Part shown: piece by piece, positions 39,525 to 49,154 of the stretch
Layout: each line of letters starts with the position of its first letter
Numbering within the stretch: position 1 is the first letter of the stretch
Source: Candidatus Microgenomates bacterium
GTDB taxonomy: Bacteria > Patescibacteriota > Microgenomatia > Daviesbacterales > UBA10151
DNA: 64,000 bases
Direction: 5' to 3'
Assembly (NCBI GenBank): GCA_016182045.1
Contig: JACOYE010000011.1
Location: forward strand, 39-64,038
Notes under the pieces: model-generated
Told to the model about the DNA's origin: nothing
The model's input: only the letters and a program-made list of their open reading frames with translations
The model's database searches: none
Made by a program: the position numbers and the translations under genes

Positions 39525-40499
39525 ATGAAAATTGTTAAGCCGCCTAAGTTAAATAAAGGAGATACTATTGGGATTGTGGCCTCATCTTTGCCGGTTTTAC
39601 CCTCATTTAGAGAAAACTATGAAAGAGGTAAGAAGGTGATTTATGATTTAGGATTTAAGATTTATGAAGGGGAAACAATTGGTAAGACTCGCTGGTGGAT
39701 GGCTGGTACACCAAAAGAAGTAGCTGACGATATTAATGCCATGTTTGCTAATAAAGATATTAGAGCCATCATGGCTCAAACTGGTGGATATTCAGCAATT
39801 TCTGTTTTAGAACATTTAGACTATGAACTAATAAGAAATAACCCAAAACCCTTCATAGGAATGTCTGATATGACTGCTTATCATTTGGCAATATTTTCAA
39901 AAACAGGCATGGTAGGATTTCATATGGATGATGTGACGTTTGGATTTGGTAGAGTTCCAAAAGAAGGGAAGGAAGACTGGGTAGAAATGGATAAGCAGTT
40001 TTTCTTAAAGTTTCTAACAAAAAATGAAGCCCCTGGAATCATAAAGCCAATTTCTGAGTGGGAAGAGTGGAAAAAAGGCAAAGCAGAGGGACATTTAATT
40101 GGAGGTATATTAGAATACCATCGGATTTTATCCGGTACAGAATATTTTCCAGAAGCGGGAGCTTTTGATGAAGCTGTATTTTTTTGGGAAGAAGTAGGAG
40201 TAACTTTGCATCATATAGCCACAACTTTATATAAGTTAAAATATATGGGAATTTTAGATAAAATTTCTGGAATGCTTATTGGTAAAATCAAATATATGAA
40301 GCCACCAAGAGAGGAAGAAATAAAAGAGCCAACAGCAAAAGAGATGGTTTTAGATATCTTAAAAGAATATGATTTTCCCATTATGGCCAATTTGGATTTT
40401 GGTCACTTTACAGTTAATATTCCTATGCCCATAGGTATAAAAGTTTCCTTTGATACCTCTAAAAAAGAGCTAAACTTCCTAGAATCAGCTGTAATTTAA
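39525..40499 (+). CDS. S66 family LD-carboxypeptidase (MccF-like)
   Basis: LNKGDTIGIVA, GGY, FIGMSDMT, FFWEE, FGH. Confidence 0.92.
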   Translation: MKIVKPPKLNKGDTIGIVASSLPVLPSFRENYERGKKVIYDLGFKIYEGETIGKTRWWMAGTPKEVADDINAMFANKDIRAIMAQTGGYSAISVLEHLDYELIRNNPKPFIGMSDMTAYHLAIFSKTGMVGFHMDDVTFGFGRVPKEGKEDWVEMDKQFFLKFLTKNEAPGIIKPISEWEEWKKGKAEGHLIGGILEYHRILSGTEYFPEAGAFDEAVFFWEEVGVTLHHIATTLYKLKYMGILDKISGMLIGKIKYMKPPREEEIKEPTAKEMVLDILKEYDFPIMANLDFGHFTVNIPMPIGIKVSFDTSKKELNFLESAVI

Positions 40500-41239
40500 C
40501 CTCTAATCACTTGGCAGTTGGGACATCTTAGGGAACCTGCCTCATAAATTTTGGCTTTTTGCAAGGATTGTTTAAAGGTCAATTTAGCGCCTTCCTTGAT
40601 TGCATATTGGCTATGACTGTTATCATGGGTTAATGTTCCATGGCCACGAATCAATTTGAATGTTATTTCTTCATCATCTTTAAAGATAATGGGCTCAATT
40701 TTTTGGGTAGTGTTATTAAAAGCCAGCCCAAAATCATCCTGGAAAGTTTGTCCTGTGATACTTTTAAAATAGCCTGTGGAGCCAAAAGGAGTTGCTAAAA
40801 CTACCCCATCTCCAATAAGTATAGATCCTTCGACTCCTCCGACGTGACGTCGGAGTCGCTCAGGATGACTGGGAACAGTCACCTGAAACCTGATAGCATG
40901 GACAGCCTCTTTATTTCTGATGACAAAATCATTTAATGCTAAAATAGTTTGATTTTCTACTTTAGTTTCCAATTTGGCATATTCTTTAACTTGTAATTTA
41001 TTTTGAGAAAGAGTTTTTAGTAGAACTTCTTCTTTATGCTCTGGACATTTTTTGTAAATTAAACTGTTTCTTATGGGAAGTTTGGGTATTCCTGGATAGT
41101 GTCTTTCTGAGGACAAAAGAGTACCATCACCTCCATAACTTATTACCACCTCAGGGTTAGAGGTGACTACCTCAAAGCCCAAGCTTTTTACCAAGGGCTC
41201 TATATTTTTTGAATACTTGCCATGTAATAATACTTTCAT
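40496..41239 (-). CDS. nadK: NAD(+) kinase family protein
   Basis: GGDGT, ALND, GDGVVLATPFGSTGY. Confidence 0.88.
   Translation of the reverse strand: MKVLLHGKYSKNIEPLVKSLGFEVVTSNPEVVISYGGDGTLLSSERHYPGIPKLPIRNSLIYKKCPEHKEEVLLKTLSQNKLQVKEYAKLETKVENQTILALNDFVIRNKEAVHAIRFQVTVPSHPERLRRHVGGVEGSILIGDGVVLATPFGSTGYFKSITGQTFQDDFGLAFNNTTQKIEPIIFKDDEEITFKLIRGHGTLTHDNSHSQYAIKEGAKLTFKQSLQKAKIYEAGSLRCPNCQVIRG
40823..40869. repeat. Family A element with nested palindrome in nadK
   Basis: AGATCCTTCGACTC-CTCCGACGTGACGTCGGAG-TCGCTCAGGATGAC. Confidence 0.92.
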
Positions 41240-41350
41240 CTCAGGCTATCATACTACAATCTATAGTTGCTTGGAAAAGTAACAGTTTAAGGCAGTACCG
41301 CGGTAAAGACCTGGCAGTATAAATTTTAAATAAATTTTAAAGAACATATT

Positions 41351-41380
41351 CCAAACATTGAACGATCGTACAATGTATGG
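41351..41380. repeat. Near-perfect intergenic palindrome
   Basis: CCAAACATTGAACGATCGTACAATGTATGG. Confidence 0.75.
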
Positions 41381-41406
41381 CAACAATTTAGGTCGAAAAT
41401 CAGACC

Positions 41407-41443
41407 TTGACAAACATTAGCACTCGTGGTATCTTACTGCTAG
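41407..41443 (+). promoter_or_regulatory. hrcA promoter overlapped by a CIRCE operator
   Basis: TTGACA-17-TATCTT; TTAGCACTC-N9-TACTGCTAG at 41417-41443. Confidence 0.85.
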
Positions 41444-41471
41444 TCCTCCGACTCCCTGCAGTCGCTCAGGA
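41444..41471. repeat. Family A element in the hrcA 5' UTR
   Basis: TCCTCCGACTCCCTGCAGTCGCTCAGGA, similar to 24525-24557. Confidence 0.8.
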
Positions 41472-41478
41472 TTGTAAT

Positions 41479-42225
41479 ATGACAGAATTATCTGACAGAC
41501 AAAAAGCACTTTTAAAAGCAATTGTGGAAGAGTATATAGAGTCAGCAGATCCGGTGGGTTCGGAGGTGATTGAGAGAAAGTATGATCTGGGGGTGTCCCC
41601 TGCCACTATCAGGATTGAGATGGGGAAATTAACTGAGATGGGATATCTTAGACAGATTCATACATCAGCCGGAAGAACTCCTACCTCTATGGGAATGCGG
41701 GTTTATATAAATGAGCTGATGAAGGAAAAACAGCTGCCTGTTACAGCTGAGGTTTCTATTAAAGAAAAGCTTATGTCAAATAGAGCTAAGGAAGAAAGGC
41801 TTTTGAAGGAAGCTGTTACAGCTTTGGCCAGTCGCCTTGACATGTTAGGTCTTGTCAGGGATGACAATGGACAGGTTTATTATGCCGGAGCTGCCAATAT
41901 TTTGGACTGGCCGGAGTTTTATGATATTGATGTTGCCAGATTTGTGCTGTCTTTGTTTGATGAAAACCCGATGTTGTCTGAGATTATAGGTAAGGCAGTT
42001 GGACCGGATCCAATACATATCCTTTTTGGTGAAGAGTTAGGGTATGAGGATTTGCTACCAACCGGATTTGTTTTTACCAGATATGAGTTTGTACCTGTAA
42101 ATCCTGGGGTTGCCGGGAAAGGTGGAGTAATTGGAGTGATTGGTCCTGCCAGGATGAATTTTGCTCTGGTTTTACCATATGTTAAATATGTCAGGAATTT
42201 GGTTTGTGAAGCTATGAGAGTGTGA
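41479..42225 (+). CDS. hrcA: Heat-inducible repressor HrcA
   Basis: RQKALLKAIVEEY, PVGS, SPATIR, HTSAGRTP, IGVIGPARM; start at ATG 41479. Confidence 0.95.
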   Translation: MTELSDRQKALLKAIVEEYIESADPVGSEVIERKYDLGVSPATIRIEMGKLTEMGYLRQIHTSAGRTPTSMGMRVYINELMKEKQLPVTAEVSIKEKLMSNRAKEERLLKEAVTALASRLDMLGLVRDDNGQVYYAGAANILDWPEFYDIDVARFVLSLFDENPMLSEIIGKAVGPDPIHILFGEELGYEDLLPTGFVFTRYEFVPVNPGVAGKGGVIGVIGPARMNFALVLPYVKYVRNLVCEAMRV

Positions 42226-42259
42226 TGGGGTTAAATGGAGTGAGCGGATAATCCGAAGG

Positions 42260-42327
42260 AGATCCCTCGACTCGCTTCGCTCGCTCGGGATGACAAAATG
42301 CGTTAGGAAATTGTACGCATTTTGTCA
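42260..42327 (+). repeat. Family A element plus 13-bp hairpin before grpE
   Basis: AGATCCCTCG...CTCGGGATGAC; TGACAAAATGCGT/ACGCATTTTGTCA. Confidence 0.85.
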
Positions 42328-42339
42328 AATCGGCTTAAT

Positions 42340-42891
42340 ATGGCTAAGAAAGAAAACAAGGTTGAACAATTAGAGCAAAGAGTGGTTGAGCTGGAGAATC
42401 AGCTAAAAAGAGCAGTGGCTGATTATCATAATTTGGAGAAAAGAGTCAGTGAGGGAAGGTCTGAGTTAACAAATTATGTTGGAGCAGAGCTTTTAAGAAG
42501 GTTGATTCCTACTTTGGATCATTTGGAACAGGCTTTAGCTGGAGCAAGCGAGACAGATAAGCAGTCTGGATGGTTTAAGGGTATAGAGCTGGCTGTTAAA
42601 GAGTTTAAATATGTTTTACAATCTGAAGGGTTGGATGAAATTGCAGCAGACGGTCAATTTGATCCGGCCCTTCATGAGGCAGTTGACGTGAGGGTAATGC
42701 CGCCTTCGCTTGACAGCTCCGGCGAGCCAAAGGATAATATTATTTTGGAGGTAGTCAGGAAAGGTTACAGCTTAAATGGAAAAGTTTTAAGGCCGGCAGC
42801 AGTTGTAGTCGGCAGAAAGGATATAAATGAGCGGGGCGGACAATCTGAAATAGATCCTTCGCTAATCGCTCAGGATGACAAACAAATTTAA
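42340..42891 (+). CDS. grpE: Nucleotide exchange factor GrpE
   Basis: RAVADYHNLEKR, FDPALHEAV, KGYSLNGKVLRPA. Confidence 0.95.
   Translation: MAKKENKVEQLEQRVVELENQLKRAVADYHNLEKRVSEGRSELTNYVGAELLRRLIPTLDHLEQALAGASETDKQSGWFKGIELAVKEFKYVLQSEGLDEIAADGQFDPALHEAVDVRVMPPSLDSSGEPKDNIILEVVRKGYSLNGKVLRPAAVVVGRKDINERGGQSEIDPSLIAQDDKQI
42700..42727. repeat. Family B element in grpE
   Basis: CCGCCTTCGCTTGACAGCTCCGGCGAGC. Confidence 0.75.
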
Positions 42892-42912
42892 AAAATTGTA
42901 ATTTGTTTGTCA
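42852..42912 (+). repeat. Family A element plus 13-bp hairpin before dnaK
   Basis: AGATCCTTCGCTAATCGCTCAGGATGAC; TGACAAACAAATT/AATTTGTTTGTCA. Confidence 0.85.
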
Positions 42913-42924
42913 AATAGCAAATAT

Positions 42925-44847
42925 ATGGCTAAGATTGTAGGAATTGATTTAGGAACAACTAATAGCGCAGTGGCGGTGATGGAGGGCGGGAAGCCCAAGG
43001 TTATACATTCAGCTGAGGGGGAAAATATTATCCCTTCTGTGGTTAATCCTCTGAAAAATATTGTAGGAAGGGTTGCTAAACGTCAGGCTGTGGTTAATCC
43101 CAAAGAGACCATTTTTTCCATTAAAAGATTAATGGGTAGGAAATTTAAAGACCCAGAGGTTCAACGTGATATCAAGTGGCTTCCCTATACCATCAAAGAA
43201 GGTAAAAACGGCATGGCTGTTGTTGAAGTAGAAGGCCATGAATATACTCCTCAGGAAATTTCTGCCCAGATTTTACAAAAAATTAAAGCTGATGCTGAAT
43301 CTTATTTAGGTGAAAAAGTGACAGATGCTGTGATTACTGTCCCAGCTTATTTTGATGATGCTCAAAGGCAAGCCACCAAACAAGCAGGAGAGATTGCCGG
43401 ATTAAATGTCCAAAGAATTATTAATGAACCAACTGCGGCAGCTTTAGCCTATGGTTTGGAAAAAAGCCATGCTCACACCATTGCTGTTTATGATCTTGGG
43501 GGAGGCACTTTTGATATCTCTGTTTTAGAACTGGGTGAGGGAGTATTTGAGGTCAAATCCACCAACGGTGATACACACTTGGGCGGAGATGATTTTGATC
43601 AAGTTGTTTTAGATCATCTGGCAGAAGAGTTTAAAAAAGAACAGGGTGTGGATTTAAAAAATGACAGGCAAGCCCTGCAAAGACTGCGAGACGCTGCGGA
43701 AAAAGCTAAGATTGAGTTATCTTCCACCCAAGAGGCTTCAGTTTCTATTCCATTTGTGACTGCTGACTCAAGCGGCCCCAAGCATTTGGAGATGAAATTA
43801 TCCAGGGCCAAGCTTGAAGCTATGGTCAAATCTTTAATTGATAAAACTTTTGAGGCTGTGAAAGCTGCTTTAAAAGATGCCAAGATAGAGGCCAAAGATA
43901 TTGAGGAGGTAATTTTGGTTGGTGGCATGACCAGAATGCCTGCAGTGCAAAAGTCGGTCCAAGATTTTTTTGGCAAAGAACCACACAAGGGTATTAATCC
44001 TGATGAGGTGGTGGCAGTGGGGGCTGCTATTCAGGGAGGAGTTTTAGGTGGAGAGGTTAAGGATGTACTTTTGCTCGATGTGACGCCCTTAACTTTGGGA
44101 ATTGAGACATTAGGTGGAGTACGAACACCTTTGATACCCAGAAACACTACTATTCCTTCTTCTAAATCAGAAATATTCTCAACAGCTGCAGATAATCAAA
44201 CATCTGTGGAAATAAATGTGCTGCAAGGTGAGCGAGAGATGGCAGCTGACAATAAATCTCTGGGCAGATTTATTTTAGATGGTATTCCACCAGCACCCCG
44301 TGGAGTTCCTCAAGTTGAGGTCACTTTTGATATTGATGCCAATGGCATTTTAAATGTTTCTGCCAAGGATAAAGCCACTTCAAAAGAGCAAAAAATAACT
44401 ATTACCGGTTCAACAGGTCTTTCCAAAGATGAAGTGGAGAAAATGACCAAAGAAGCAGAGGCTCATGCTGAGGAGGATAAAAAGAGAAAAGAAGAAATTG
44501 AGATTAAAAATCAAGCAGATACTTTAGTTTATACAGCAGAAAGAAGCTTAAAAGATGCCGGGGATAAAGTTTCAGCTGAGGTAAGAACTGATGTTGAGCA
44601 AAAATTAAATGACTTAAAAGGGGTGATTCAAACTGCTTCTGCCGAAGATTTAAAACCCAAAATGGATGCATTATCTGAGGCTTTACAGAAAGTAGGAGCT
44701 GCCATGTACCAACAGCCGGGGGGAGAAGGTCAACCAGCCGGAGAACAACCACAAGCAGGTGAAGCTGAAGAGCCCTCTTCCGCCAAGGCTTCGGAGGGTG
44801 AAACAGTTGAAGGTGAAGTGGTGGAGGAAGAGAAAAAGGAAGAATAA
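42925..44847 (+). CDS. dnaK: Chaperone DnaK
   Basis: [30 protein letters not shown]; start at ATG 42925. Confidence 0.99.
   Translation: MAKIVGIDLGTTNSAVAVMEGGKPKVIHSAEGENIIPSVVNPLKNIVGRVAKRQAVVNPKETIFSIKRLMGRKFKDPEVQRDIKWLPYTIKEGKNGMAVVEVEGHEYTPQEISAQILQKIKADAESYLGEKVTDAVITVPAYFDDAQRQATKQAGEIAGLNVQRIINEPTAAALAYGLEKSHAHTIAVYDLGGGTFDISVLELGEGVFEVKSTNGDTHLGGDDFDQVVLDHLAEEFKKEQGVDLKNDRQALQRLRDAAEKAKIELSSTQEASVSIPFVTADSSGPKHLEMKLSRAKLEAMVKSLIDKTFEAVKAALKDAKIEAKDIEEVILVGGMTRMPAVQKSVQDFFGKEPHKGINPDEVVAVGAAIQGGVLGGEVKDVLLLDVTPLTLGIETLGGVRTPLIPRNTTIPSSKSEIFSTAADNQTSVEINVLQGEREMAADNKSLGRFILDGIPPAPRGVPQVEVTFDIDANGILNVSAKDKATSKEQKITITGSTGLSKDEVEKMTKEAEAHAEEDKKRKEEIEIKNQADTLVYTAERSLKDAGDKVSAEVRTDVEQKLNDLKGVIQTASAEDLKPKMDALSEALQKVGAAMYQQPGGEGQPAGEQPQAGEAEEPSSAKASEGETVEGEVVEEEKKEE
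44773..44798. repeat. Family B element in the dnaK tail
   Basis: CCCTCTTCCGCCAAGGCTTCGGAGGG. Confidence 0.8.
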
Positions 44848-44947
44848 TCCCCCTTGCCAACTGGAAAAGTTGTTTTAACCTCATTTTCATTATTTTTATT
44901 TATCCCACGGCCGTAGTAAAAGTGTATTTTTAATGGTGGAATTATGA

Positions 44948-44982
44948 TTGGAAGTTAGATGTTGGAAACTGGAAGCTGGAAA
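44948..44982. repeat. Degenerate heptamer array
   Basis: TTGGAAG TTAGATG TTGGAAA CTGGAAG CTGGAAA, bracketed by AATTATGA. Confidence 0.85.
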
Positions 44983-44984
44983 TT

Positions 44985-45527
44985 ATGAAAGGTGCTATGC
45001 TTAAGGATATGATTGGATTTCGGTTGAGGTTAAAGGGTAAAGCTGCTGTGTTTGTAGATTGGGCTAATGTTTATGGTTGGAAAAAATCTTTAAAAGAGGA
45101 AGTTAATCCTAGAAAACTCTATAAGTATTTAAAATCTTATAAAGAGATAAAAGATATTAGTTTGTATCATGGTACTGATCAAAATGAACACTCCAGAAAA
45201 TTCCTAAGAATTGCTAGAAATATTGGTTATAAAGTTATCACCAAACCTGTTAAATATGTTTTAGTTGCCGAAGTTGCAGGACAGAAAATCCGTCGAAGGA
45301 AATGTGACTTTGATATAGAAATCTCCCTGGATTGCTTTGAAAATTTAGATAAATATGATAGCTTCATTTTCCTTTCTGGAGACGGTGATTTCGCCACCCT
45401 TTATAAAAGATTAATTAATCAGAAGAAACAGGTAATTGTTATTTACGCACCTGGGCATATTGGTAGAGAGATTTGGGAAATAAAAAAAGGCTTATTTAAG
45501 GTTAGTATTGAAAATATGGGTTTTTAA
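44985..45527 (+). CDS. NYN (LabA/DUF88) domain protein
   Basis: VFVDWANV, KCDFDIEI, LSGDGDF. Confidence 0.88.
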   Translation: MKGAMLKDMIGFRLRLKGKAAVFVDWANVYGWKKSLKEEVNPRKLYKYLKSYKEIKDISLYHGTDQNEHSRKFLRIARNIGYKVITKPVKYVLVAEVAGQKIRRRKCDFDIEISLDCFENLDKYDSFIFLSGDGDFATLYKRLINQKKQVIVIYAPGHIGREIWEIKKGLFKVSIENMGF

Positions 45528-45534
45528 AAATCGT

Positions 45535-45565
45535 CCCCCGATTACTCGGGGGCGTGATTGTTTTT
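45535..45565 (+). terminator. Hairpin / putative terminator after the NYN gene
   Basis: CCCCCGA-TTAC-TCGGGGG followed by a T-rich run. Confidence 0.5.
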
Positions 45566-45578
45566 ATTTAATCACAAG

Positions 45579-45608
45579 CTGGCACTTTTGTCAAGAGAGC
45601 GCTATAAT
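45579..45608 (+). promoter_or_regulatory. Degenerate CIRCE overlapping the dnaJ -10 box
   Basis: CTGGCACTT-N9-GAGCGCTAT; TATAAT 45603-45608. Confidence 0.6.
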
Positions 45609-45622
45609 ACACAAATAAAAAT

Positions 45623-46600
45623 ATGACAAAGCGTGATTATTATGAAATTTTAGGCGTTAATAAATCCGCATCTGCTGATGAAATAAAATCAGCTTACAGG
45701 AAACTGGCTAGAAAACATCACCCTGATGTAGATAAATCTGCCGGGGCTGCAGAAAGATTTAAAGAAGTGGGTGAGGCTTATCAAGTTTTATCTGATCCTC
45801 AGAAAAAAGGAGCTTATGATCAGTTTGGCCATTCCGCCTTCGCCCCTGGAGGGGGCTTTGGCGGACAAGGCTGGCCAGGTGGTGGACCATTCGGTGGCCA
45901 AGGGGGTTGGAAAACATATAGTTGGTCCTCGGGTGGTGAAAACCCAAATATCCAGTTTGATTTTGGAGGGTTTGAGGATCCATTTGAGCTGTTTGAACAA
46001 ATTTTTGGTAGTGCCGGATTTGGCGGTTTCACCAGAAGAAGACCAACTTATCAGATGGAGCTAAGTTTTGACGAATCCATACATGGGGTGACCAAAGATA
46101 TTGAGGTGGAATCAAGAAATCAACAAGGAACATTAGTTAGGAAAAGAATGAGAATTAAAGTTCCACCGGGAGTGGATAATGGGACTAAGATGAGATTTGG
46201 TCCGTCAGCTGACGGATTGGATATTGTTTTTAGAATTTCTCGTCATCCCCAATTTTTAAGAGAAGGAGCAGATATTTTTTCGGAAATAACCATCAATATT
46301 CCCCAGTTAGTCTTGGGAGATGTGTTTGAAGTGGAAACTGTGGGAGGGAAAGTAAAAGTTAAGGTGCCGCCAGGCACCCAACCTGGTTCTTTGGTTAAAC
46401 TAAAAGGCAAAGGCGCTCCCAAATTAGGTGGCCACGGCCCGCTTCGCCCGCGAAGCGAGGCGAGCCACGGTGATCATTATGTCAGGGTTAACCTAGAAAT
46501 CCCCAAAAATCCTTCTAAGCAAGAGAAACAACTATATGAGGAGTTATATAATTTATCTTTCCCGCCTGGCGGGGCAAGCAAGAAAAAAGGCTGGTTTTAA
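45623..46600 (+). CDS. dnaJ: DnaJ-class chaperone lacking the zinc finger
   Basis: [13 protein letters not shown]-rich region, C-terminal domain; no CxxCxGxG repeats. Confidence 0.93.
   Translation: MTKRDYYEILGVNKSASADEIKSAYRKLARKHHPDVDKSAGAAERFKEVGEAYQVLSDPQKKGAYDQFGHSAFAPGGGFGGQGWPGGGPFGGQGGWKTYSWSSGGENPNIQFDFGGFEDPFELFEQIFGSAGFGGFTRRRPTYQMELSFDESIHGVTKDIEVESRNQQGTLVRKRMRIKVPPGVDNGTKMRFGPSADGLDIVFRISRHPQFLREGADIFSEITINIPQLVLGDVFEVETVGGKVKVKVPPGTQPGSLVKLKGKGAPKLGGHGPLRPRSEASHGDHYVRVNLEIPKNPSKQEKQLYEELYNLSFPPGGASKKKGWF
46201..46216. repeat. Family D palindrome variant in dnaJ
   Basis: TCCGTCAGCTGACGGA (paired compensatory change). Confidence 0.85.
46431..46470. repeat. Family C element in dnaJ flanked by GCCACGG direct repeats
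   Basis: GCCACGG-CCCGCTTCGCCCGCGAAGCGAGGCGA-GCCACGG. Confidence 0.9.
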
Positions 46601-46614
46601 GATATCATAATTTT

Positions 46615-46977
46615 ATGAAATATGCTGGATTTTGGAGGAGGTTTGCTGGGGCTTTTATAGATGGGCTGATTGTGGGTGTAATTCCCGGTATGCTTTTGAA
46701 AGATGGCACAGGTAATATCTTAAGTTTTCTATTGGGTTTGGCTTATTCTATTTGGATGCTGTCAACTTATAGTGCTACGGTGGGCATGATGATTTTAAAA
46801 ATAAAAATTTTGAAGGAAAACGGTGGTAAAGTGACCTACCAGGATGCCATACTTAGGTATTTTGCCAGTATTTTATCTGCCATTGCCCTATTTTTAGGAT
46901 ACCTTTGGATGATTTGGGATCCCAAGAAACAAACTTGGCATGACAAATTGGCCAAAACTGTGGTAGTAAAAACCTAA
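46615..46977 (+). CDS. RDD family protein
   Basis: YAGFWRRFAGAFID, QTWHDKLAKTVV. Confidence 0.92.
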   Translation: MKYAGFWRRFAGAFIDGLIVGVIPGMLLKDGTGNILSFLLGLAYSIWMLSTYSATVGMMILKIKILKENGGKVTYQDAILRYFASILSAIALFLGYLWMIWDPKKQTWHDKLAKTVVVKT

Positions 46978-47721
46978 TTATTTTAGAAGTTTTTTAAGTC
47001 CTGATAGGACTTCTGTGGGGAGGGTGAAGATGACAGTATTGCCGGCTTTGGTGGTGGTGGATTCTATGGTCTGTAGAGTTCTTAAGGAGATAGCCCCAGA
47101 TGAGGCCATATTCTGCATGGCTTTTTTCAGATTTTCTGATGCAGATAGTTCTCCCTGAGCCCTGATAATGGCTGCCCTTCTTTCCCTTTCAGCCTGTGCC
47201 TGTTTGGCCATAACAAGTTTCATATCAGCTGGGAGTTCAATATCCTGCATCTTAATGGCAGTGACATTAGCTCCCCATTCGGCGGTTTCCTTATCAACCA
47301 AAGTTTTAATCTGCTCGGCGATTTTCTCCCTTTCTGTTAAAAGCGCATCCAGCTCTATGCCACCAATCACATCTCTTAAGGCTGTTTGAGCATATTGAGT
47401 AACAGCATAGTAATAATCCTGGATTTTTAAGACCGCATCATCCGGTTTTTCAACCTGGAAATAAACCACAGCATTAATTCCCACCGGAACATTATCTTTG
47501 GTGATGACCTCCTGTTTGGGAATGTCGGCGGTGGTTATTCTAAGATCAACTCTGATCAGTCTTTGGATAAGGGGAATGACAATCTTTAAACCAGGGCTTA
47601 GAATTCCGCTAAATGTTCCTAAAGTTAACACTACCCCTCTTTCATATTGATCAATAATCTTTATGCCAGACAGAATGATAAGAAGTAAGAATACTAAAAT
47701 TGGCCAAAAGATCCAGTCCAT
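46978..47721 (-). CDS. SPFH/stomatin (slipin) family protein
   Basis: QYERGVV, PKQEVITKDNV, AQTALRDVIG, QAQAERERRA; start at ATG 47721. Confidence 0.93.
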   Translation of the reverse strand: MDWIFWPILVFLLLIILSGIKIIDQYERGVVLTLGTFSGILSPGLKIVIPLIQRLIRVDLRITTADIPKQEVITKDNVPVGINAVVYFQVEKPDDAVLKIQDYYYAVTQYAQTALRDVIGGIELDALLTEREKIAEQIKTLVDKETAEWGANVTAIKMQDIELPADMKLVMAKQAQAERERRAAIIRAQGELSASENLKKAMQNMASSGAISLRTLQTIESTTTKAGNTVIFTLPTEVLSGLKKLLK

Positions 47722-47808
47722 TATTGGGAATATATCACCTACAAACCCATATTGCAATTTTTTTAAAAGAATGTTATTTTAATTCAATTATTCTGTCCCC
47801 AAAAATAA

Positions 47809-49146
47809 ATGCCAGAAGCCAGAAGAGGTTCTTATATCCCCAACTCAGACACTGATAGTGAGGACATGCTAAGAGCTATTGAGGTTGATGATTTAGACGA
47901 TCTATTTAAAGACATTCCCCCACAACATCGTAATCCACCTTTAAACTTACCTCCTCCACTTTCAGAACTGGAACTTAGGCGTGAAATGGAAGATATTGCC
48001 AGCCGTAATATCTCTTTAGATGGTAAAATGCCCAGTTTTTTGGGAGGAGGTAGGTATAGACACTATATACCTGCTGCAGTTGATCATATTGTCGGAAATC
48101 CCAGTATTTACACAAGTTATACTCCTTATCAAGCTGAGGTAAGTCAGGGTAATCTTTGGGCTACTTTTGAACTTCAATCCATATTACATAATCTTTTAGG
48201 CAATCTACCTGTTGTTACTGCAGGTCATTATAGTGGAGCTACAGCTGCAGCAGAGGGTGTTCTAATGACTCACAGGATGAAAAGAGATCGAAATGTAGTT
48301 ATGATGTTTGATGATGTCAGTCCAGAGATTCAAGGAGTGATTGAAACCTATTGTTATAGTGCTGGCATTGAAATTAGTACTGTTTCTGCAAATAATCCTC
48401 CAGAGGTAAAAGATAATGTGGCCAGTGTAGTTATTCAAAATCCTAACTTTTTTGGTTATTTTAGGGAAAATTTGGCAGAGTGGGTAGAAACTGCACATCA
48501 AGCAGGTGCTTATGTGATTGCCTCTCAAGATCCAATGGCTTGTGGTTTATTTAAACCTGCTTTTGAGTATGGGGTAGATGTAGTGGTAGGTGATGGACAA
48601 CCTTTGGGCATACCATTAAACTTTGGTGGACCATCGTATGGTATTTTTGCCTGCACTGAGGAGTTTTTACATGCCAGGCAGGTACCTGGTCGACTTGTAG
48701 GCAGAACTAAAGATAGTAAAGGACGCGATTGTGTTGTTTTAATAATGACTACTCGAGAACAGCATATTAAAAGAGCACGGGCCACATCCAATATCACTAC
48801 CAATTCAGCACATAATGGTTTTAGGATGGCTGCTTACTTGGCCCTGATGGGATCATATGGGCTCAATAAGGCAGCAGAGCTATCTTTTCAGAAGGCACAT
48901 TATGCTGCAAGGCAAATAGATGGATTGGAAGATTATAGTGTGTTGCCTGGGCGTTTCTTTAAAGAATTCGTAGTGCAGTGTCCTATTGAACCCGTCCAAG
49001 TAAACCAGAAATTATATGAAGCAGGAATCATTGGCGGGATAGATGTGAGCGATCGGATACCCAACGGTTTACTTATTTGCGTAACTGAGATGAATACCAA
49101 GGAAGAGATTGATTGGTTGGTTCAAGAATTAGCCAAGATAAGGTAA
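47809..49146 (+). CDS. gcvPA: Glycine dehydrogenase (decarboxylating) subunit 1
   Basis: SFLGGG, YTPYQAEVSQG, GQPLG..FGGP, PGRLVG, REQHIKR..ATSNI. Confidence 0.95.
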   Translation: MPEARRGSYIPNSDTDSEDMLRAIEVDDLDDLFKDIPPQHRNPPLNLPPPLSELELRREMEDIASRNISLDGKMPSFLGGGRYRHYIPAAVDHIVGNPSIYTSYTPYQAEVSQGNLWATFELQSILHNLLGNLPVVTAGHYSGATAAAEGVLMTHRMKRDRNVVMMFDDVSPEIQGVIETYCYSAGIEISTVSANNPPEVKDNVASVVIQNPNFFGYFRENLAEWVETAHQAGAYVIASQDPMACGLFKPAFEYGVDVVVGDGQPLGIPLNFGGPSYGIFACTEEFLHARQVPGRLVGRTKDSKGRDCVVLIMTTREQHIKRARATSNITTNSAHNGFRMAAYLALMGSYGLNKAAELSFQKAHYAARQIDGLEDYSVLPGRFFKEFVVQCPIEPVQVNQKLYEAGIIGGIDVSDRIPNGLLICVTEMNTKEEIDWLVQELAKIR

Positions 49147-49154
49147 TTGAAACT

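Noticed and set aside
41407-41478. N-terminal extensions in the ORF track for hrcA (also groES, tatD, M24 peptidase, pcrA, grpE, dnaK)
   Set aside because: They run through promoter or UTR sequence; downstream ATGs match the family N-termini.
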